Below are positions 30,838 through 40,788 of a stretch of DNA of 64,000 bases, piece by piece (the stretch's first letter is position 1; the number at the start of each line of letters is the position of its first letter). Origin of the DNA: Candidatus Poribacteria bacterium. Its GTDB lineage: Bacteria; Poribacteria; WGA-4E; WGA-3G. A program made the position numbers and the translations under genes. The notes under the pieces are model-generated. The model had not been told where the DNA came from. It was given only the letters and a program-made list of their open reading frames with translations, and ran no database searches. The stretch is taken from the NCBI GenBank assembly GCA_965198235.1, contig OZ240248.1, forward strand, positions 2,656,001-2,720,000, written 5' to 3'.

Positions 30838-31176
30838 ATGTGTAACGCACATCCGAGAAAACTGCAAGTCTACCAGACTCAAAACGGCAGAGAACCTTTC
30901 ACCGAATGGTTGAGATCAATTCGAGATCGAAGGACACGAACGAGAATTCGAGAACGACTTGAGCGGCTTGAAATTGGGAATGTTGGCGATTGCCAATCTG
31001 TAGGTAGCGGTGTATATGAGATGCGTCTTCATTTCGGAGGAGGCTATCGCATCTATTTTGGTGAAATTGATAACACTATCGTTCTTCTGCTCTGTGGTGG
31101 CGATAAATCATCGCAGGCGCGAGATATTGAACGCGCAAAAATCTATTGGCTGGAATACAAGGAGACACAACAATGA
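30838..31176 (+). CDS. RelE/HigB-family toxin (addiction module killer protein)
   Basis: PFTEWL, GVYEMR.HFG.GYRIYF, LLLCGGDKSSQ. Confidence 0.92.
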   Translation: MCNAHPRKLQVYQTQNGREPFTEWLRSIRDRRTRTRIRERLERLEIGNVGDCQSVGSGVYEMRLHFGGGYRIYFGEIDNTIVLLLCGGDKSSQARDIERAKIYWLEYKETQQ

Positions 31177-31577
31177 GAAAATATCGGACATGGCATGAGG
31201 TTATCGCCGAGCAACTTGCAGATCCGGAGGAGGCACTTGATTATCTCCAATTTGCATTAGAGGAATACCAGAAGGATGGTGATACGCCCTTCTTTCTACG
31301 GGTACTTCGGACTGTTATTGAAGCACAAGGTCAAATTGTGGAACTTTCCAAGAAAACTGGCATTCCCCCAGAAACTCTTTCAAAAATCTTGTCCAGCGAC
31401 AAATCACCGCGGATTGACACACTCGGGACTCTCCTGAATGCTTTTGGGTGGCGGCTCTCAATTGAACCGATAGAGCATGTAGAACCCAATCTTGGGCACC
31501 AGAGCAGAGAAGCGACAGGACTAAACACAGCGAGAGAAACAGGCTCGGCACAATTGGCCGAATCACCCTCATCGTGA
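31173..31577 (+). CDS. HTH antitoxin (addiction module antidote, HigA-like)
   Basis: ATGA overlap with the toxin; Xre-type HTH. Confidence 0.88.
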   Translation: MRKYRTWHEVIAEQLADPEEALDYLQFALEEYQKDGDTPFFLRVLRTVIEAQGQIVELSKKTGIPPETLSKILSSDKSPRIDTLGTLLNAFGWRLSIEPIEHVEPNLGHQSREATGLNTARETGSAQLAESPSS

Positions 31578-31670
31578 TTATCTGCCTCTTATAAAGCGGA
31601 TACTCCGATATTTAGAATTGCTAAAGTTATCTTTGGCACAAGGGCATACCCACTAAAAAGGAGCTTGAAT

Positions 31671-32372
31671 ATGATAACGAAAATTGAGAAAGTCTTCCGG
31701 TCACCTTACTCGGTGCCGAACGGTTTACAAGTTACAGACGACGGTTTGTGGATCGTCGACCAGATTACCGACAGAGTCGCATTAGTTGAAATTACATCAG
31801 ATTCGGACTACACCGTGCCGAAACTCATTCGCGACATTCCGAGTGAATCCTCCAACACAAGCGGTATGACGTCCGGCGGCGGCGCGCTCTGGTTGGCGGC
31901 AAACGGACCTGGAGAACGCTGGCGTCCCGTTCGAGATACGGATGCCAAATCCGGGACAGGCGAGATTTTCCAAGTCGATCCCGCTACCGGCGAAACCCTT
32001 GGACGCTATCCGATACCCGATGGCGGCGGCACACACGGTGTCGAATATGACCACTACGATGAAGGACATCTGTGGGTCCAGACGCTTAAGAATCAGGTCA
32101 CACATAAGGTCAGAATTTCGGACTGGTCTATCCAAAAGACGCTTCCGTTGCCTCATGGGCGTGGACACGGTATGGTTCGTGTTGAAGATGGACTTTGGTC
32201 AACGCATACCTCTGACAGGGTCATCGTCAAACTTGATCTTGAAGATGGCACACCGCTTGATGTGATTGAGGTCCCTGAGGATTACCCTGAACCCCATGGA
32301 CTCTCCATCTACGATGATGATTTTCTTTATTGTGATGCATCTTCGGGATGGGTAGCAAAGATTACATGGTAG
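31671..32372 (+). CDS. Small beta-propeller protein (glutaminyl cyclase/Vgb-like repeats)
   Basis: PNGL, THGV, GHGM and PHGL blade repeats. Confidence 0.7.
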   Translation: MITKIEKVFRSPYSVPNGLQVTDDGLWIVDQITDRVALVEITSDSDYTVPKLIRDIPSESSNTSGMTSGGGALWLAANGPGERWRPVRDTDAKSGTGEIFQVDPATGETLGRYPIPDGGGTHGVEYDHYDEGHLWVQTLKNQVTHKVRISDWSIQKTLPLPHGRGHGMVRVEDGLWSTHTSDRVIVKLDLEDGTPLDVIEVPEDYPEPHGLSIYDDDFLYCDASSGWVAKITW

Positions 32373-32448
32373 TAGGGATAGGTCTTGTGCCTACCCGCAT
32401 ACGCCGTTGTACCTCCTTTCATGTAGGGGCAGGTTTTGTGTCTACCCG
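32372..32448 (+). repeat. Tandem GTAG-type REP pair
   Basis: GTAGGGATAGGTCTTGTGCCTACCCG and GTAGGGGCAGGTTTTGTGTCTACCCG. Confidence 0.8.
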
Positions 32449-32574
32449 CACATGCCGTATGCCGTCACAACTTAAAATGATGGCAGCCTGCAACAACGGC
32501 GCAGGCGGTGGGTACCCAAAAATCGTTATTAAACCAACCCCTTCATTTAACGCCTTGCGAATTATTAAAAAAAG

Positions 32575-33987
32575 ATGATACACATTCCAATTCTACGCGC
32601 CGGACGTTCTTACAGAAGTTTGAACACCGTCCGCGTGTCGCATATCAAAACGGGCGAGCCTTTGGTCGAGGTGAGCCAAGCCAACCGTGGATTGATAGCG
32701 AAGGACCTCGTTGACATCGCTCTCCAAAGAGAGGTGCTTGGACAACGTTCTGTCGCCGAATTAATCTCCATCTGCAAGAAGGCAGCGCGCCTCTTCGCAA
32801 CGGAGACGCTGCCACTTGACGGAACGGTTCAATCACCGACAGACTACATCCAACAGGTCTCCGGGACAACCGGCATGCCTGAAGTACTCTGTCAGCAGAA
32901 TCTATTCAAGATTCAAGGGGTTTTGGAAAATATAGATACGGTTTTGGATGGACTCACCCGTGGCTTGGATTTACGAGTCCTTGACACCGGATGGGGAGTC
33001 CAAAACGGACGCACGTTGAGTTACGTCTGTGAAACAGATTCGCTGGGTGCCGTGTTACCGAGCAATTCGCCGGGCGTTCATTCGTTGTGGGTGCCTGCCA
33101 TCCCTTTGAAAGTACCACTCGTGCTGAAACCGGGACGCGAGGAGCCGTGGACTCCCTATCGAATTGCGCAAGCGTTTATCGCGGCAGATGCTCCCGCAGA
33201 AGCACTCAGTTTCTATCCGACCGATTACGCCGGTGCCAACGAAATCCTCGTCCGATGTGGGCGTTCTATGCTTTTCGGTGGCGGTTCAACCGTCGCACCG
33301 TGGGTGAACACACCTCGTGTCGAAATCCACGGACCCGGACGTAGCAAAATCATTGTCCATGAAGAGGAGCAGAACAATTGGGAACAGTACCTCGATCTCA
33401 TTGTGGAATCGGTTGCTAAAAACGGTGGAAGATCCTGCATTAACGCCTCTGGCGTGTGGGTAACGGCGCATGGACGTGAGATTGCCGAAGCATTGGCGGA
33501 ACGTTTGGCACATATTAAACCGAAACCACTGGATCATCCAGAGGCGGGAATCGCAGCGTGGGCGAACCCGAAGTCTGCACACGGTATCTCATCGCTAATC
33601 GACCGCCACCTCAAAGAGCCCGGCGCAACGGAGTTGACAACTGGGGACCGAGTCATCGAATTGGATGGATGTACCTTCCTCAGACCCACTGTTATCTGGT
33701 GTGAGGATGCAGAACATCCGTTAGCAAACATAGAATTCCCGTTCCCATTCGTGAGTGTTGTGGAAGTGCCATCGACGCAGTTAGTTGAGGCTATCGGCGC
33801 GACACTGGTTGCCACCGCGATTACGGAAGACGCAGTGCTCACACGAGATCTCATAGCGACGCCGCTCATTGATCGGCTGAATTTAGGCGCGATCCCGACG
33901 AATCAGATCTCTTGGGATAGTCCGCATGAGGGAAATCTGTTCGAGCACCTCTATAGGCAACGCGCATTCCAACGTAGCATTAAGTAG
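32575..33987 (+). CDS. Aldehyde dehydrogenase-fold acyl reductase (EhpG/LuxC-like)
   Basis: PSNSP, VLKPG, HGPGRS in place of ELGG, catalytic Cys in GRSCIN, EFPFP. Confidence 0.85.
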   Translation: MIHIPILRAGRSYRSLNTVRVSHIKTGEPLVEVSQANRGLIAKDLVDIALQREVLGQRSVAELISICKKAARLFATETLPLDGTVQSPTDYIQQVSGTTGMPEVLCQQNLFKIQGVLENIDTVLDGLTRGLDLRVLDTGWGVQNGRTLSYVCETDSLGAVLPSNSPGVHSLWVPAIPLKVPLVLKPGREEPWTPYRIAQAFIAADAPAEALSFYPTDYAGANEILVRCGRSMLFGGGSTVAPWVNTPRVEIHGPGRSKIIVHEEEQNNWEQYLDLIVESVAKNGGRSCINASGVWVTAHGREIAEALAERLAHIKPKPLDHPEAGIAAWANPKSAHGISSLIDRHLKEPGATELTTGDRVIELDGCTFLRPTVIWCEDAEHPLANIEFPFPFVSVVEVPSTQLVEAIGATLVATAITEDAVLTRDLIATPLIDRLNLGAIPTNQISWDSPHEGNLFEHLYRQRAFQRSIK

Positions 33988-34123
33988 GTTGGGTTGAACC
34001 AGTGAAACCCAACTCTATCGATATCAGCATTTGTTCTTCTATTCTTTAGTCCCGTAGGGACGGCATGTCTATAGAAATACGATGCCTCCCGCCTCTTCAG
34101 CCCCGTAGGGGCGGCATGTTTAT
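33984..34123 (+). repeat. GTAG REP plus ATGTCTATAG-tailed hairpin doublet
   Basis: GTAGGTTGGGTT..AACCCAAC; GTCCC-GTA-GGGAC; GCCCC-GTA-GGGGC. Confidence 0.8.
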
Positions 34124-34214
34124 TTTTAAGTCGTTTTGCTTGCAGATTGGAGAAACAGTTCATCATGCTTTCTTCGACAGAAATTTTAAGGGTATTTCAC
34201 TTGGTATCGTAGTT

Positions 34215-34697
34215 ATGACGGATAACCCGAATGTCATTCTCATCTACGGTGACGACCTCGGACGCGGCATGCTGAGTTGCTATGGACAGCAACATTTCGA
34301 GACACCGAATATCGATCGCCTCGCAAACTACGATGTGATGCCAACTCTTGCTGACCTCATCGGCATGGAATTGCCGCAAGCCAAAGATGGTGTGTCGTTC
34401 TTACCGACTTTACTTGAACAGCCTGATGTTCAACAACACCGCGAGTGGGTTGTATATGCCTCTCGACTCGGTCCTGCCTTGATAACGACAGATGGTTGGA
34501 AACTACGGTATATCAATAGCACGGACAGTTTCCAATTATATCATCTCCCCCACGACTATCGCGAGGAGAACGACGTTTCATCGGATCATCCCGATCTTGT
34601 TGCCCAACTCAGCGGATGGATGCTCAATGCTTGTGACGGCAATTATCAAAATGGCACGCCGCAAGCACATTTCGCCGCGTATCCAGATAGCAATTAA
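34215..34697 (+). pseudogene. Arylsulfatase with a large in-frame internal deletion
   Basis: [20 protein letters not shown] joined directly to [16 protein letters not shown]; no CxPxR motif. Confidence 0.85.
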
Positions 34698-34834
34698 CTC
34701 GGTTCTTCCAATTCCAACACATCACAAGACTTACGCGTTTCGCTGGCGAGGTTACAAACCTCGCCGGTAAAATACCTATAGGAAAAAGTTTATCGTTAAA
34801 TTGCGTAAACGCTAACATCAAAGAAGGATATTTT

Positions 34835-35923
34835 ATGCTTATTGTTGATGCTCATCTTGATCTGTCAATGAATGCGTTACAAGGCAACCGGGACTTGTTG
34901 AGTTCCGCCTATACAATTCGGACCCAAGAGGTAGGGATGCCCGGTAAAGGGCGTACTCAAGGCACTGTTGCTTTCCCGGAGATGCGTCAGGGACGGATTG
35001 CCCTAAGTTTCGTCACCCTGTTTGCTCGTTCAACCGGCAGACCTGCCCCCCATTTCGATTTTGCTTCATCTGTTCAAGCCTACGGCATCGCCCAAGGGCA
35101 ATTGGCTTACTATCACGCGTTAGCAGAAACAGGTCCCGTCCGCATCATCACGATGCCAGAAGACTTAGACAGCCACATCGCTGACTGGCGGGCATGGGAA
35201 AACGAAGTGACAACTGATCAAAGCGACCCCGATAATACGCCTCCCTTGGGATTTGTGATTAGTATGGAAGGTGCCGACCCGATTCTTCAACCCGATCAAT
35301 TAGAGGCTTGGGTTAATAATGGATTGCGTCTGATCGGGCTAACGCACTATGGCCCCGGACGCTACGCCGGTGGAACGGGCACAGAAATCGGATTGACTGA
35401 ACTCGGTCCACCCTTATTGGCTGAGATGGAACGTTTGGGTGTTATCCTTGACCTCACCCACTGCTCGGATCAGGCATTCTGGCAGTCATTGGAACACTAC
35501 AGTGGATTAGTCCTCGCCAGTCATAATAACTGTCGCGCATTGGTGCCGCATCAACGCCAATTCAGCGATGCGCAATTACGTGCGATTTTTGAGCGAGATG
35601 GGGTCATCGGTGCGGCTTTTGATGCATGGATGCTTCAACCGGGCTGGGTTGCTGGTGAAAGTCGCAACGATGGAGTTACCTTGAACACCGTCGTTGATCA
35701 TATTGATTATGTCTGTCAATTGGCAGGCAACAGTCGTCACGCCGCTATCGGCACGGACTTAGATGGCGGTTATGGACGTGAGCAGTCCCCCAGCGACTTG
35801 GATACCATCGCTGACCTGCAGAAGTTAACGGGGTTGTTGGAGGCGCGTGGCTATAGTGCCGATGACATCACCGCTATTATGCACGGCAACTGGATTCGGT
35901 TCTTACACGAGGCATGGGATTAG
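34835..35923 (+). CDS. Membrane dipeptidase (peptidase M19)
   Basis: DAHLD, SMEGAD, DLTH, SHNN, IGTDLDG. Confidence 0.92.
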   Translation: MLIVDAHLDLSMNALQGNRDLLSSAYTIRTQEVGMPGKGRTQGTVAFPEMRQGRIALSFVTLFARSTGRPAPHFDFASSVQAYGIAQGQLAYYHALAETGPVRIITMPEDLDSHIADWRAWENEVTTDQSDPDNTPPLGFVISMEGADPILQPDQLEAWVNNGLRLIGLTHYGPGRYAGGTGTEIGLTELGPPLLAEMERLGVILDLTHCSDQAFWQSLEHYSGLVLASHNNCRALVPHQRQFSDAQLRAIFERDGVIGAAFDAWMLQPGWVAGESRNDGVTLNTVVDHIDYVCQLAGNSRHAAIGTDLDGGYGREQSPSDLDTIADLQKLTGLLEARGYSADDITAIMHGNWIRFLHEAWD

Positions 35924-35928
35924 AAAAA

Positions 35929-37263
35929 CTACTCCGTATACCCTGTCCTATCCGTATTACCACCATATTTCAGCGCATAAATCAGTAGATTTGACATAAA
36001 CCGATAGACATCCGTAGAACGTCGGAGTCGTAACATCGTGCGGCTCTCAATCTCTGCGGTTTCCATCGCACACATGTAATCCTTACGGTTATAAACCACC
36101 GCTAACCGATTGTCGATGGTAATCCCTTTCTGAAAACGGAACTGCGTTGGCTGCGCGTTGTTCTCGTTTCCCCAGAACACATCGCCACCTGTGGGGGGTT
36201 TCGGCAGGTCGTAATGGATGCTATACAACTCGTGTTCATGGGGAAGTATCTCAAGCGGATACTCTGGAAAAATCTCTTTGAGTTCATCGGCGACAATGTG
36301 TGCGAAAAGCCCATTGAAACCACAGTCATCGAAAAACAGCATCCCACCCTTTTCAACAATATACTTCCGAAGTGCTGCGCGTTCTGCGGGTGTGAAGCCT
36401 GTCTGCAGAGGACCATCTTTCGCAAGCCCGCGCCCGACGGTAATGTCTTTATCGTGTCCTGTCATAATGATGAGCGGGGCATCCATAATCTGGGGGTCGG
36501 TCAGCCGTAGCGCGCCGCCAGCGAAATTCATATCTGCCCGAATCGGGGTGTATTCCTCCAACCACTTGATGAGCGCAGGAATAGCGGTCGGATCCTGCCA
36601 CCAATCCGAAAGCGAATGTTTGAGTCGAATCAATCGAATGTGCCCGCGAATCTCGTTTCCTGTCCCTTCAAGGATACCGCCCAATTTCTTTTTCGGAACT
36701 TTTACAAGGTTCCGAAACGCAGTATCGAACCCATCTCCCAGACCGCTTGTGGGTAAGGATCCATCCAGAAATTCCGAAAGCCCTGTTTTAGTTGCACCGG
36801 TTCCTCTGCTCCTAACAGCAGAAGATGCACCTTTTTCAATTACAGGTGCCTCTTCTCCAGGAGCGACAGATGGATGTACGGATGAAGTGTTCGGTGTCTC
36901 ACTACTGGGCAGTGTGGGTGCTACCGCAACCTCCGTAGGATTCAGCATATCAGTTTCGATGTCTAACGGTGGCACTTGTCGCACAACCTCCGATTCGCTT
37001 CTCGAAAGTTGGCTTATCTGTGATGCCTGTGTCGGTATGCGAGCCGTAGAAGTTTCTGTTACAGGCGTGGTGTTCGTCGAGATAGGACGCCGGGTTGGTC
37101 GAATTTCCACATCTGTCCTTGCCGAATTAAGCGTAACGAATGTCGCCTCAAACGCGTCTTGGTTCAGTTCCCTTTGCCCTGAAAACAGCAACGCCGCAAT
37201 TATGACAAAGAGCAGATGCAACCCGATTGAAGCGATAACCGCGTAAAAGCGTCTCTGTTTCAT
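35929..37263 (-). CDS. Membrane-anchored DUF4159-like protein
   Basis: TonB-like S..LH anchor, linker, LRKYI..GG.LFFDDC. Confidence 0.8.
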   Translation of the reverse strand: MKQRRFYAVIASIGLHLLFVIIAALLFSGQRELNQDAFEATFVTLNSARTDVEIRPTRRPISTNTTPVTETSTARIPTQASQISQLSRSESEVVRQVPPLDIETDMLNPTEVAVAPTLPSSETPNTSSVHPSVAPGEEAPVIEKGASSAVRSRGTGATKTGLSEFLDGSLPTSGLGDGFDTAFRNLVKVPKKKLGGILEGTGNEIRGHIRLIRLKHSLSDWWQDPTAIPALIKWLEEYTPIRADMNFAGGALRLTDPQIMDAPLIIMTGHDKDITVGRGLAKDGPLQTGFTPAERAALRKYIVEKGGMLFFDDCGFNGLFAHIVADELKEIFPEYPLEILPHEHELYSIHYDLPKPPTGGDVFWGNENNAQPTQFRFQKGITIDNRLAVVYNRKDYMCAMETAEIESRTMLRLRRSTDVYRFMSNLLIYALKYGGNTDRTGYTE

Positions 37264-37271
37264 TGGTATCT

Positions 37272-37841
37272 TTAGAGATGCCGTTGAATTTGTTGATAAC
37301 TCTCTGCATCCAGGTCTCGGTAATCCGGAATATCGTATCGATTTCCTCGGACATCCGTCACAAAAAGTCGCGCAGGCGGCATCTGTTTGATGTTCTGATT
37401 CAACCCACGCACCGAGAAAGTCACACGACCCCGCTCCGTTTCAACTTCCCACTCATGGATGCCGAATTGTTCCTTCACCCGATAAATCTTCTGAATTGTC
37501 GGCGTAAAGTATCGTTTATCCAACTCTTCCTGCAGGATTTTGAGACTTTCCGGCGCGAGTTCGGATGGGTTCACGAGGATCCCAATTTCCGTATCCTCAT
37601 CCGCGGCAAGCGAGATATAAGTGTCGGGATTGCTGAGTGGCATAAGCCTTCGGATTACCACGCGCAGATGGCAGGCTTCATTCCGAATTTCAAGCCGCGC
37701 CGTTCCTACCTCTGAACGCGTGAGTGTAAGCTCAGTGGTGTCCAGGTAACGCGGCGTGAAGTCGTCTGATTCAGGGGGTATAGGCTTCGCTGTGGGTGCC
37801 GCAGCGAGAGTGGCTTGTTTCTCTGTGTTTTCGTTCTGCAT
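37272..37841 (-). CDS. DUF1854-family protein
   Basis: RLMPLS, EEL.KRYF.P.I, WEVETERG, D..GNRY.I.D. Confidence 0.85.
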   Translation of the reverse strand: MQNENTEKQATLAAAPTAKPIPPESDDFTPRYLDTTELTLTRSEVGTARLEIRNEACHLRVVIRRLMPLSNPDTYISLAADEDTEIGILVNPSELAPESLKILQEELDKRYFTPTIQKIYRVKEQFGIHEWEVETERGRVTFSVRGLNQNIKQMPPARLFVTDVRGNRYDIPDYRDLDAESYQQIQRHL

Positions 37842-37843
37842 GT

Positions 37844-40165
37844 TTATCTCTCCACTGCTTGCGCTTCTGCGCGGACGTTGGCGGCTTCGCGCTGGGTTTC
37901 TACGAGTTTGTAATAGATACCCTGTTGCTCCATGAGTTCCCCGTGTGAACCACACTCAACGCCTTTTCCCTTTTCAATCACGAAAAGCCGATCGGCATTT
38001 CGGAGCGTAGAAAGCCGGTGGGCAATCGCGAACGTCGTCCGGTTCTGCACGAGCCTGTCGATCGCCTGTTGGATTTTCTTCTCAGTTTCCACATCCACAG
38101 ATGAGGTGGCTTCATCGAGAATCAGAATCCGCGGGTTGTGTAAAATCGCCCGTGCGATGGAGATACGTTGTCGTTCGCCGCCAGACAAGCGTCCGCCGCG
38201 TTCACCGACTTCCGTGTCGTAGCCGTCGGGGAACTTGATGATAAATTCGTGGGCGTTTGCCGCCTTCGCCGCTGTGATAATATCCTCCATAGTCGCATCG
38301 GGATGCGCGTAGGCGATGTTTTCGGCGATAGTCCCACTGAACAGATACGGCTCTTGTAACACGACCCCAATCTGTCGGCGCAAATCCTTGAGGTCAATCT
38401 GTTTGATGTTCTCGCCATCGATTTCTAAACGTCCAGCGTCCGGCGTATAGAACCGACAGATTAAATTGATGAGCGTCGATTTCCCCGCGCCCGAATGCCC
38501 AACGAGCCCAATCATCTCGCCGGGTTTCACATGGAGATTAATGTCCCGAAGCACCGGTTTATGCGAATCGTAACCGAACGTCATGTTGTGGAATTTGACT
38601 TCTCCCGTGATGTTCGGCATTGCTTTAAGGTTGCCATCATCCAACTGTTCCGGTTGTGAGTCGATGACCTCGAAAAGCCGTTCCGCCGCCGTCATCGAGC
38701 GGGAAGCCCAGTTAATCAGCGGGCTGATATAGCGTAACGGTTCGTAGAACATCATCAGGTATGCGTGGAAAGCCATCAAGGTACCGAACGTCATTGTCCC
38801 ACCGATAATGTTGAGACCGCCGACATACCAAACGATGAGAGAACCTAACTGGACGGCGAACATCAGAGGTGGGTAATAGGTTGCCCAAATCATCTCAGCG
38901 TGGGTTTCGTAGTCTCGGGCATCTACATTTGCCTCGCCGAACCGGTTGACTTCATTCCGTTGTTGTCCGAAAGCACGAACGACCCGAATACCGGATACCG
39001 AATCGTTGACGACATCGAACAATTTTGAGCGACGGCGCCACGCGCGGTGCCAAAGGCTTCGCACTTTTTTCCAGAACCAACCTGCTCCAAAGACGATTAT
39101 CGGAATCGGGATTAAGATGAAGCATGCCAGTTTCCAGTTCATCAAGAAAAGCACCCCTCCAATCCCGAAGAAGAGCAACAGTTCTACCGCGAGAAACGAG
39201 AGTCCCTCTAACATGAAGTCCTGGAGTCGTTCACTATCCTCTGTGATATGCGAGATGACCGTTCCGGTTTTCCGTTTGTCAAAAAATCGGATAGACAAGT
39301 TGTGTAAGTGCTGATAGACGTGCGCTCGGATATTCGCCGCGACGCGGAACGTCAGCCAAGCCCCCAAACGTAACCGAAAAATTGTGAAAATTTCACGGAC
39401 GATTTGTATCCCTAAGAGGGTGCCTACAGCAATGGACAAAGCTAACGCCGCCGATTGAATGTCGCGGAAAATATTTCCTAACCATGTTCTCGATGCTTCC
39501 GAGGCAGCAGTATCGACCTCACTCGGCATCAGGATATCGTCAATCAGGATACGAGAAAAATACGGCGGTGCTAAGGAGATAAGTGTTCCGACAATCACGA
39601 AGAGCATGAAGAGGATTGCCCTACCGCGATACGGTTGGATATAGGACAGAATCCGTAACATCACCTTGTGTTTTTTGGTACATGCCGGGCAAGGCGAAAA
39701 CTCATCTGGCAACGGTAAACCGCAGGACTGACAAAATTGCTCCTCCGGTTTGTAGTCCCATATTGGTGCCTCGTCCCGTTTTCCGGCACGGAACTCGATT
39801 TCGTCACCGATAAATCGAGCAACAAATCCGAACTTCGCCGCGCAGCCGTTGGAGTACCGAATGAGATCGATAGTGCCTTCTTCTGTTTCCAGGACCAGGA
39901 TTCCAGCATCCACGACGATCTCGGCACGGATGCCAAGCACACTCTTATATGGGATATAGTGAAGCACCTCACCCTCACCTGTTACGGTGAAGATCGCGGT
40001 GTCCGTTAGCACAAACCATTCTGTACCGTAACTACCTGCTGAACTTATATCACTTTGCACGGCAAATCGGATCTGTTCTGGACGGATATCTAATTTTTTC
40101 AGTGTTTCTTCAACTAAATTGGGTATCGGGTCAAGCGTACCCGTTGGCGTCTCTGCAGTTGCCAT
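37844..40165 (-). CDS. ABC exporter (fused TMD and NBD) with N-terminal extension and Zn ribbon
   Basis: GHSGAGKS, LSGGERQR, LILDEAT; CQSC..CPAC. Confidence 0.93.
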   Translation of the reverse strand: MATAETPTGTLDPIPNLVEETLKKLDIRPEQIRFAVQSDISSAGSYGTEWFVLTDTAIFTVTGEGEVLHYIPYKSVLGIRAEIVVDAGILVLETEEGTIDLIRYSNGCAAKFGFVARFIGDEIEFRAGKRDEAPIWDYKPEEQFCQSCGLPLPDEFSPCPACTKKHKVMLRILSYIQPYRGRAILFMLFVIVGTLISLAPPYFSRILIDDILMPSEVDTAASEASRTWLGNIFRDIQSAALALSIAVGTLLGIQIVREIFTIFRLRLGAWLTFRVAANIRAHVYQHLHNLSIRFFDKRKTGTVISHITEDSERLQDFMLEGLSFLAVELLLFFGIGGVLFLMNWKLACFILIPIPIIVFGAGWFWKKVRSLWHRAWRRRSKLFDVVNDSVSGIRVVRAFGQQRNEVNRFGEANVDARDYETHAEMIWATYYPPLMFAVQLGSLIVWYVGGLNIIGGTMTFGTLMAFHAYLMMFYEPLRYISPLINWASRSMTAAERLFEVIDSQPEQLDDGNLKAMPNITGEVKFHNMTFGYDSHKPVLRDINLHVKPGEMIGLVGHSGAGKSTLINLICRFYTPDAGRLEIDGENIKQIDLKDLRRQIGVVLQEPYLFSGTIAENIAYAHPDATMEDIITAAKAANAHEFIIKFPDGYDTEVGERGGRLSGGERQRISIARAILHNPRILILDEATSSVDVETEKKIQQAIDRLVQNRTTFAIAHRLSTLRNADRLFVIEKGKGVECGSHGELMEQQGIYYKLVETQREAANVRAEAQAVER

Positions 40166-40187
40166 TCTTTACTTTATACCTCCGTCT

Positions 40188-40409
40188 TTACTTTCCAAGC
40201 GTGCGTTCGTCAGGATGCCTCCAAGGAACTTTGCGGTCTATAGACTTCCAACGTGTTGAATCGACGCGTTGGGCAACAAATATCTTCTGACCACACCTGC
40301 ACCAGAGGTCATGCACATGCCGGTTTGAGCAGGTCTTTTTCTCAATAAAGTCAACGCTTTCCTGGTGAACGCGATAGCCGCGTCTGCATGAATAACAGAC
40401 CAAGTACAT
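40188..40409 (-). CDS. Small Cys-rich (Zn-ribbon-like) protein, 73 aa
   Basis: RBS GAGGAG before MYLVCYSC..WCRC. Confidence 0.6.
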   Translation of the reverse strand: MYLVCYSCRRGYRVHQESVDFIEKKTCSNRHVHDLWCRCGQKIFVAQRVDSTRWKSIDRKVPWRHPDERTLGK

Positions 40410-40788
40410 GCGGTATATCTCCTCTATTTGCTCCATTTCCAAATACAGGTAACTCTTAATGTCGTGGCATTTGGCAGTTGCGCGCAAAAAAAGCAACCTA
40501 TATAAACGGTGTTCCGTTCTCTCGTTTCTTTTAACCCATTTCGACGAATACAATTCAGTTTTTAACCTATTAAATCTGAGTTCCTCTATAGACATGACTC
40601 TCCGCTGGAGAGCTTCAAAGGAATTCCTTTGAAGCACCCCTACAGGGTTCAGTCCCTGTTGAAATTGATCAAAAAACCGTTGTGAAACGAAGTGGAACAA
40701 CGCCCAGATTCCCATAGTTAGAAAATCGTTTCACAGTGGTTTCTGGTGAGGTCGAATGCACACAGGGCAGTAACGCTTTAAGATCATC

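Noticed and set aside
36218-37246. 342-aa + strand ORF
   Set aside because: Antisense shadow of the DUF4159 gene with no recognisable motifs; the same applies to 20951..21631 and 42252..42878.
40410-40715. N-terminal extension of ORF 40188..40715
   Set aside because: It crosses repeat DNA, and a better RBS and start lie at 40409.
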